A DNA stretch of 64,000 nt from the human T2T-CHM13v2.0 reference genome, Homo sapiens: NCBI RefSeq assembly GCF_009914755.1, contig NC_060946.1; one strand, written 5' to 3'. Positions 55,687 to 64,000 of the stretch are shown here, piece by piece. A program made the position numbers and the translations under genes. Positions within the stretch are counted from its first letter, which is position 1; each line of letters starts with the position of its first letter. The notes below the pieces were generated by a model. That model did not search any database, was not told the DNA's origin, and was given only the letters and a program-made list of their open reading frames with translations.

Positions 55687-57008
55687 CATCATCACTCCGT
55701 CCACTCCAGGGTCTGCCCCAGCAGAGGCTCCTATGATGTCACACTCCTGGGTCTGGCACCAAGGCCTCCACACCCTCGACCCCACCTGTCTGTGCAAAGA
55801 GAGCCCCTGTGCCTCTGCCCAGGCCCCGGACTCCCCCAGGGTGGGCCCAGCACAGCCCTCTGTGACCACCATGCTGCTGTGAAGGGGCCTCCTTGGGCCG
55901 CATCACGTCTGGCCTGGATAAGGTGCAGCCTGGGACGTGGGCTTGCTCGGAGCCTCCCTGCGCGGCACCCCCAGGGTGCTAACCACAGGTCTTCCCCTCC
56001 TGTCAGCCGGTTGTCAGGAGGGCTGGCCCACCCCTCCCCTGGGGTGCGTTTTCAGTCGGGGGCAGAATTGCTGCCGGTGTGAGGCTTCGGGCCCCATCTG
56101 CCGTCTGGAGGGCGGGAAGAGAGCACTGCATATAGAGTTTTGCTTTTCTTGCTTGTCAGCTGAGACCCTGGTAAGCCACTTACAGTGACTGCTCCTCAGT
56201 TTCGCCCTCTGAAAATTGGGGATGGGGTGACAGCAACCCTACCAGGTGGCCGAGAGAATCCGATACAAATGTGGAGGCGGCTGGCACGCAGGAGGTGCTG
56301 ACGAGAATAAGGACAATTCAGAAGTCCCCGGCTGTACCCACAGAGCAAATCATTTGGTGCCCAAGACTGGCCTAAAACTCAGCAGAGAGCAGGGGCTTGG
56401 AGGGGCAGGTTTCACATGGGAAAGTTGATGTGCAACTTTCAACTTTCAAGTTCTATGTAGAACTTGAAGAGAGGGAACATGAGAGACTGCTGGGGTTGGA
56501 ACTCAGGCAGATCCGGGGGGCAGGAGCTGAGCCGGGAAGGGGTCGGAGTCCAAATGCCGGGCCGAAGCCCCCAGGGTGGCCAGCCTTAATTCTGTACATG
56601 CCGCAGGGAGACAGCGCTCACAGGACCCCAGCCAGCAGCTGTGCTCCCTGGAAGCCCAGCCCCTGTCCCACCATGAGGATGGAGCAGCAGCCAGTGTCCT
56701 ACCCTGGTCTTCTCTGCAGCCATCGTGAAAGTGTCCACACTGGCACAACCGCTCCAGCTCCTGCATCCAGTGTGGGCTGCTGCGCAGGACACGGCCGTAG
56801 CCCCAGGACAGAGCAGGCTGCTCCCAGGTCCATCTCCAGCAGTGCGATTTTCAGTGTGGAGTGCAGCGTGGAAAGTGCTATTTGGTGGGATGGGGCCATT
56901 AGCATTTCCCTTGGAAGCCCCTGTCAGGACCCTGGGCTGGACCTGGACGCAGCAGAGCTGCCGTCTTTACTAAGGTGGCCAAGTCCACTGGGCACTGGGC
57001 ATCTCTGC

Positions 57009-57093
57009 ATGAAGGTGCTGCAGAGTGAGGCTGGGGATGAAGGTGCTGCAGAATGAGGCTGGCCGCATGAGGTGCTGCAGAGTGAGGCTGGGG
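57009..57093. repeat. ~28-bp tandem repeat, 3 copies
   Basis: atgaaggtgctgcagagtgaggctgggg. Confidence 0.9.
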
Positions 57094-57473
57094 TGCCCGA
57101 GAGCAGACGAGCCTGGGGTGCTGGGGCTCAGGGCACCCGGCGGTCACCAGCCCCTCTCTTTGCAGCTCCCACTGCTGTAGCTGTCTCCCCTGATGTGGTT
57201 GTCACCTTGGCGTCCTCCAGCCTGGCAGAGCCCAGCTCATCAGGGTGGCTTCTGCTGGAACCACAGCCGGTCCAAAAGGCTCTTTAATCACCACTTTATT
57301 CATTCACGGAACATCTGCTGAGCCGGGCCTGTCCAGCATCTGCAGGTGACACTGGGAACGGAGGAAAGCGGTCTGCCCTGGTGCTGCCCAGCAGACAGGT
57401 GCAGGCGGCCTGCGCTCCCCCCTCCACTCATATACACACCACACACACAAGCTCGGATGCATGCACACATTCG

Positions 57474-57494
57474 CTCTCTCTCTCTCTGTCTCTC

Positions 57495-57526
<32 letters not shown>
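57474..57526. repeat. (TC)n microsatellite
   Basis: Read directly. Confidence 0.93.
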
Positions 57527-57649
57527 ATTGCCCAGGTGAAGTCCTTCCTGCAGAATCCCCACTGCTTGCAATTGTGTTTATTTGCTCATTGATTTGCTAT
57601 TGTCCAGATCTCCAACTGGAACATGTGCCCCAGGAAACAAGAGAAGGAT

Positions 57650-57835
57650 CCCCAAATAAAATATAGAACCCTGGAATTTCAGATAAACAACCCATCGTTG
57701 TCGGCGTAAGTATGTCCCAGGCATTGCAATTATTGTCTGGGCTATACTTGTCTAGAAACCTGTCCATTGTTCATCTGAAGCCCACATTCACCTGGGGACC
57801 CTCTGTTCATATTTGTTAACCCTGATGACCGTAGC
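57650..57835. mobile_element. MER53 palindromic hAT MITE, decayed
   Basis: 'gaatttcagataaacaac...taagtatgtccca...tgggctatactt...ttgttcatctgaa' inverted arms. Confidence 0.75.
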
Positions 57836-58205
57836 CCAGGAGGCAAAGGCAGTGGCTGCCTGAGTGCAGCAGGTCCCAGGGCCCCCATGCCTAATGCTGG
57901 CCGCCACCTCGTGGGGCGTGGCCTGAGCACCTGGCGTGTCATGCTGGGCCCCAAAAGCGACGCCAGGGGCGTGTTTCTGGTGTTTCCGAATTGGGGGCTT
58001 TATTGAGGTAACTGCAGATTCACACTCACCTAGAGGGACCACGCAGGGAGTGCTGCTTCCCTCTGTCCACTCGGACGATGCCTCGCAGGGCCGCAGCCCC
58101 CGCCACCCGGATGCTGGCCTGGTGAGGTGGTCCCCAGGACTCACACTCACTGGTGCAGATCAATGCTGAGCCATATCAGCGCATGTGTGCGTTCGTTGAC
58201 TACCT

Positions 58206-58380
58206 TGATGCAGGGCAGATGAGCCCCCAAATTGGGGTTTAGTCAGGGAGGGTTCTTGGCTTCACCCAGAAAAGAATTCCAGAGCAAGCTGGTGGTGTTA
58301 GACAACTTTATTCAAGCGGCTGCAGAGATGTGTTCCTTGAAGAGCAGGGCCCCCCATAAGCAATGTGCCCAGAGCAGCAG
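58206..58380 (-). mobile_element. Truncated ERV1 LTR, same family as 10270-10717
   Basis: 'tgatgcagggcag...aaattggggtttag...gggttcttggcttcacccagaaaagaattc'. Confidence 0.85.
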
Positions 58381-58414
58381 CGAGATTCTGTCTCAAAAAA
58401 AAAAAAAAAAAAAA
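58379..58414 (+). mobile_element. Alu 3' tip only
   Basis: 'agcgagattctgtctc' followed by A20. Confidence 0.8.
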
Positions 58415-58419
58415 CGGAA

Positions 58420-58625
58420 ATTGCCACACCAGAGCAGAGGGTGGAGTTGGGCAGCCCAGAGACTCCTGGGGCCACCAGAGGCTGGAAGAGGCAGGAAGGG
58501 TCCTCCCCCAGACCTGGGGATGGGGCGTGGCCCTGGGACACCTCCGTGTCAGGCTCCTGGCCTTTGGAACTGTGGCAGCAGGCATCTCTGTTGCTTTAGG
58601 TCCCCAGTTTGTGGAATTTCCTGGA
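58420..58625 (+). mobile_element. MLT1C/B-like LTR, 3' part
   Basis: 'gccaccagaggctggaagaggcaggaaggg...gcgtggccctg...acacct...ctggcct...gaactgtg...ctgttgcttta...cagtttgtgg'. Confidence 0.8.
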
Positions 58626-59244
58626 GTCCTGGAGGCTCGCACAGGCAGTGAGTGAGGAGGCGCTTGGGAAGCTGGGGACCTGGTGACGTGGGGGTGGAGG
58701 GGTGGGCAGAAGGCCCAGCGAGGCTAGGCTCCTGAGGCTCTGTGGTGTGCCAGGAAGGCCAGGAGGTTGGCCAGGCCACGGGGGCCCTGAGTCCAGTGAC
58801 GAATATGTTGAGTGGTGGTGAACTCATAGGTTACTGGGGCTGGACAAGGCTGAGTCTGAGTCAGGTTTAAAGCTAGATCTCGGTGGGACCTGGTGAGGCA
58901 CGTGACCTCACTGAGCCTTAGTTTTCTGGCCTGTAAAAGGGGTGGAGGCCACCTGTGTTAAAGGCAGTGGGCACCACACCTGGCACCCAGGAGCCCCCAG
59001 GCTGTTGGGAGTTTTGTGTGGATCCAGCCCACTCTGGGTTGTGGGTAGCTGCGACCCCAACGTAGGCTGGGTTTCAGCATCCTCTGACCTTCCCCTCTTC
59101 CCGCCCACAGCCATCAGCGAGAGCTTCCTCCCCACCTCTGTGAGTTTAATTTCTAGGAGGCTTCATGGGAAGTGGAGGAGCGTGTACTGTCACCCACGTG
59201 CTCCACCTCTGGGCATTTGTTAATGTGAGCGAGAGATAATTCCA

Positions 59245-59360
59245 AGTCTGTCTGAGCCTGCTCTCTAGGACGCCCGGGGTGGAGATATCAGCTGCATGAG
59301 GAGTCTGTCCGAGCCTGGTCTCTGGGGTGACGCCTGGGTGGGGGTATCGGCTGCTTGGGG
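59245..59360. repeat. 57-bp tandem duplication, diverged
   Basis: agtctgtc(t/c)gagcctg...gacgcc...gggtgg...tatc(a/g)gctgc occurs twice. Confidence 0.8.
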
Positions 59361-60449
59361 AGGGGCGAGGCAGGTGCCGATCTGCCTGTTCCTCAGTTCC
59401 CAGGGGCTACTCCAACGGCTGAAGGGTGCCAAGGAGCCCATGCTTTATTTCCACTGAGGATTAGCCCCGGCACGGAGGCTGCCATTCCTCCATGACGGCA
59501 ATCACGAAATGACAGGACTTGTGGGAAACTGCCTTTTTATTGCATTTCAGGCGGAGAAGACATCAGGTCATATACCAAGCAGAAGGCTGAGAGACGGGAA
59601 CATAACGGGAATTACTCCAGAAGAAAATAATTCCTCCCTCAAAGTCCTGTACAAATGTCGTGTCCCTCCCACCTGCCTTGTCACCCAGGTGCCCTGTGGG
59701 AGAAGCTTCTGGGTGCTTCTGGAGACGGAGATCCAGGGTCCTCGAGGGCCCAGCTTTGCAGGAGAAGTAGACAGGCCCCCACCGGTCCCCACGCCTGGAG
59801 ACCGTGCCAAATTCCATGCACATTAAACTCAGCCCAGGGCGTCAGAGGCCCCCCTTCAGCGGCCTCCTCAGAACCTCCCAGACCCGCTGTGGCTGCAGGC
59901 CTGGCCCTGGTGTCCTGGATGGAGGAGCAGAGGCCTGGAGAGCTGACTCTGTGGACAGCCCCCGGCCTCACTGCACACCAAGGACAACTTCACACTAACA
60001 GCATCCGTGCAGGGCCGCCCACAGGCCCGGGCAGGGGTGTCACAGTTTCCAGAAGCCCCTGCTTGTGTCTTGCCTTTTTCACGCAGACGACTGCACACAG
60101 CCCGGCGCCGGCCTCGCTCTGAGGACCAGATGGGCTGTGGCACCCACATGCACTTCGTGTTGGGCACCCCCACCCCCCACCCCCAGCACCCTGCCTGGAG
60201 ACACCTGTGAGCCAGTCAGAGGCCCTCCTGGGCACACACACCTGTCACTTGGAGCCCGCAGGCAGCGGCTCCCACAGCATGAGCTCACAGACGCAGGGGT
60301 GTTTGGGTCATAGCAACCCACGAAGCTCAATTCAGCCCCGGGAGAGCATTTTTATTTTTGTTGAAAATATCCACACCCTTAGTATTTGGGTTCCCAGAGT
60401 CTACAACATGAGGTCTCCTGGAAGAAAAGTCAACAAGAATTTAAAAAGA

Positions 60450-60582
60450 GGAAGGAAGGAAGGAAGGAAGGAAGGAAGGGAGGGAGGGAGGGAGGGAGGG
60501 AGGGAGGGAGGGAGGGAGGGAGAGAGGGAGGGAATTAGGAAGGGAGAGAGGGAAATAGAGAGAGGAAGGATGGAAGGGAGGG
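60450..60582. repeat. (GGAA)7-(GGGA)n polypurine tract
   Basis: Read directly. Confidence 0.95.
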
Positions 60583-62159
60583 GGTATGGACGGTGTGCCC
60601 AGGTACCTCCTTAGGTCTGTCACCCACAGAGGACACATCACATCCGGGCACGCTCTGGGCTGCCAGGGACCTGCAGGTGGCCTCAGGGTGGTTCCTCCTT
60701 TTCTGCCTGGGGGCTCCGGGGAGGGGGCACTGAGCCTGGGCCTGAGGCTCGGCCTGGCAGCTGCTCTGGGTAAATGGCTGCTGTGAACAGTTCCTTCTTC
60801 TGGGCCTGATTGACATTAATTAAATATTTTAATATTTGTATCAGAGAAAACGTATTCGGGCACACCTCAGTCATTTCTGATTAAATTGCCAAAGGAGGGC
60901 CGCTGTGTGGCTCCTATAAATGAATACATTTTCGACATTTTTTTTTTTTCTGTTGAAGGTAATTTTCATGGCTGGTTTAACTTGTAGGGATGATAGAAAA
61001 TATTAATAAAACATTTGATGTCTAAGTTTGGGTGGAAGTTTAATAAATTAGATGGGCAAATTTTACTTTTGATCACGTGGCTGAAAATGTTTTAAAAGGG
61101 ATTTTTTTTTTTTTTTTAAAGAAAGGAGCTTCTGGTGAAGTCTCTGCTCTCTGGGGGTTCTGGAGTCCTTCGGTGTTGGGCTGGGGCCCCCTTCACAGGT
61201 GTGGTCTCGGGTTCACGATGATGGGATGAGAGGAGTCTCTGGCTGCGTTCTCAGGAGGGGCCTGGGTGAGAGCCCTCGTTGACACCTTCACATAGACGGA
61301 GAAACCCAGGCTCAGCCAGGTGGGTGACGCTTCCCAGGTCCCCACGCTGTGTGTCCCAGATGGGGCAGGATCCTTGCTTCCTGTTCCTGTCTGCTGACTT
61401 TTCCCCGAAGCTCCGTGTCACCACGGGACCAGAGGGGCGCATGTGGGCGAATTCAGCCGGCCTGTGGTGGTGGGCACCCAGCCCCGAGGTGAGGCATTCC
61501 TCCCCAGCGGGCAGAGGGGCTCCCAAATCCACTCCCAAATCTGCTCCCAAACCCACTCCCGGCGTTGTTGTGAGGCTCTCTGAACCCGAGGAGTGACCAG
61601 AAATCCTGGCGAGATCTCTGGGAAGCAGGCTGTGAGAAATATGTTGTTAAAATCCGTTTTTTCAAACAAGGTACCGGCTTTCCCAGAACAGGGAGGCACA
61701 GCAGGGTCGGTGGGAGGCCACAGAAAGGAGACAGACCCCGTCCGCGAGCATTCGGAACAGCCATACAGCCCCGGGGCTCCTCCAGCAGGAGGGACGCTTC
61801 TCCCCGGGGAAGGGCAGGGCAGGCACCTCGGGAGGAACGGCTGGGTCCCTTACGCCACCAGCACAGCCCAGCAGCTCACAGGCCTTCCCAGCCTGGGTGC
61901 AGGCTGGAGCCCCCGCTGAGGTCGGCCTGGCTGGGGCGAGGGTCTGCCTCAGGTGTCACAGGGATGGAAGCCGTGGAACCAGGCCTGGAGAGCGGGTGCT
62001 TCCTCCACCTGTGAAGGACTGGCCGGGGCTGAAGGAGCTCAGCAAGCAGCAGGGCCCCACCTGGAAGCAAGGCCGGGTGAGGTGGGGTCAAGACGGGACC
62101 CAGCAGGGCCACTGACAAGTCATTCCAGAAGTGCACACCCTCATCCCAAGTGCTCCCCA

Positions 62160-62860
62160 ACACACATGCACACACGGCACACTCAGGCCTCCAGAAAGAC
62201 ACACACACAAGCATGTGCACACTCACACACACATGAATGCACTTACATACACGCACATACACAAAGGCGCACACACAGGTATGCACACACACAGCCACAC
62301 ACACGCAGGTGCACACTCACACAGACGCGTGAACGCACTCACATACACAAAAGCACACACAGGCATGCACGCATACATGCATACATTCACACACACGCAG
62401 GTGCACACTCACACACACATGAACACACTCACATACACAAAGGCACACACACAGGTATGCAAACACACACAGCCACACACACGCAGGTGCACACTCACAC
62501 AGACACGTGAACGCACTCACATACACAAAAGCACACACAGGCATGCACGCATAAGTGCATACATTCACACACATGCAGGTGCACACTCACACAGACATGT
62601 GAACACACCCACATACACAAAGGCACACATAGGCATGCACACATACATACGTACATTCACACACACACACACGCAGGTGCACACACACACACACATGAAC
62701 ACACACAAAAGCACACACAGGCATGCATGCATACATGCATACGTTCACACACACATGCAGGTGCACACACACACACATATGAACACACTCACATATAGTC
62801 ACATACACACTGGCCTGCACACACAAATCTACACACACACACACACACACACAGGCATAA
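62160..62860. repeat. CA-rich minisatellite with ~176-bp higher-order period
   Basis: 'acaggtatgc' recurs at 62275 and 62451; 'gcaggtgcacac' recurs every ~80-95 bp. Confidence 0.9.
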
Positions 62861-64000
62861 GCACAAGATTGTACAGTTTCATTGGTGTTTAGTCCAACAC
62901 GCCAAAACCCAGTACCTTGGGCCCTGATGGAATGAGGGCATCTGTGGTACCCTCGGGCAGATTCTCAGCAGCCCTGTGGGGCCATTCCAGCTTTGCTGGG
63001 CCCGCCTTCGTAGCTGGTCAACTGATTCCTCCTGCAGTGTACAGGGCCCCGCACTAGAAGGACCCACACCTGGGTTAATGCGTTGCTGTCACTGACCTGA
63101 AATGCTTCATCCTTCGAGCGAGGGGTCCCCACGTTTTCAGTTTCACTGGCCTCAAACAATATTTGAGGCCTTGTTATTCCTGCTGCTGTGGAAAGGTAAA
63201 TATTTATAGGAAATTTCCATTTCCTTTTGCTCATCTGACAGAAACTTGAAAATTCACAGCCCTTCCTTGGCCATTCTGCCATCTGCTCCCAGGTTGGAAA
63301 GAGTCCCCAGGTCCCTCTGGGCAAGTGCAATGTGCACGTATTGAAAACATGTTATCGTGAGGTGTGGAAGGAACGCACTTCTCAGCCTGGGCTTTCTCCA
63401 GATAGATGATGATAGTGTAACAGCAACTTAGTGATGTGTGGCTCTCACATAATGAATTGATTTTATAAAACGTTTTCATTCATTTGAAAACTGTCTGGCC
63501 GTCTATTGAATGGGAATTACAGTGACAATTAGACTCAATATTTAAATAATCAGTTTTCACTGGGCAGTATTGGGATGTCACAATTTACAAAGCACTTTTA
63601 ATTATTTTATGTGCTGGTTAGTGTGTTTTTGCAATTAAAATAATATCTACATGTAAATGTTGCAGGAATGCGGATATGAGCACTTAAGGGGGCCGGCTGC
63701 TCCGTCTGCCTCTCCATGCCGTGGACTCAGCACCAAGTTCCAGGAACAAAACGCACCACAGCAGGAACAGGCAGGCTCCGCTGCTGAATTTTGTCCTTTT
63801 TCCTAAATCGTCTGTTGTCTTCTAACGTGTTAATGGGTTCATGAGGTTCCCGCCACGCTTAATTTCTTCTTTCTCCAACCAGGCCATGGCCCTGCTATTC
63901 CCTTCAGGTAGGAAATGGCCTCCATGAGAGCGTTCAGGTCTGAGCGCCCCGTTGTGTTCAGGAGCCTGCCGGCTGGATGCAGCCCATCACAGAAGCCTGT

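Noticed and set aside
61953-62892. His/Thr-rich 185-aa and 253-aa ORFs
   Set aside because: Translation of the CA-rich array.

Overview
Primate (human-like) non-coding genomic DNA, mostly GC-rich, so probably a large intron or gene desert; the exact locus cannot be determined from sequence alone. I found no protein-coding exon, RNA gene or CRISPR-like array. The long ORFs in the track come from tandem repeats, Alus or high GC. The window holds about 11 near-complete Alus (AluS and AluY, most with target-site duplications) plus 2 Alu remnants, old L1, L2 and MIR fragments, solo LTRs (MLT1, MST, THE1, MLT2, MER74-like, an ERV1 LTR15/MER41-like pair) and DNA transposon relics (MER58A, MER20, MER30, Tigger3a, MER53). 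There are many minisatellites and 2-3 copy tandem duplications and one CpG-island-like block (~18.0-19.0 kb). Several AT-rich, repeat-free islands rich in homeodomain, TALE and FOX motifs look like developmental enhancers. The best leads are modest: those candidate enhancers, minisatellites that multiply TF motifs (NRF2/AP-1, E-box, EBF), two fossil deletion junctions, and VNTRs built from two unit lengths. I see no support for a new biological system. Repeat subfamily names were assigned from memory of consensus sequences and need Dfam/RepeatMasker confirmation.
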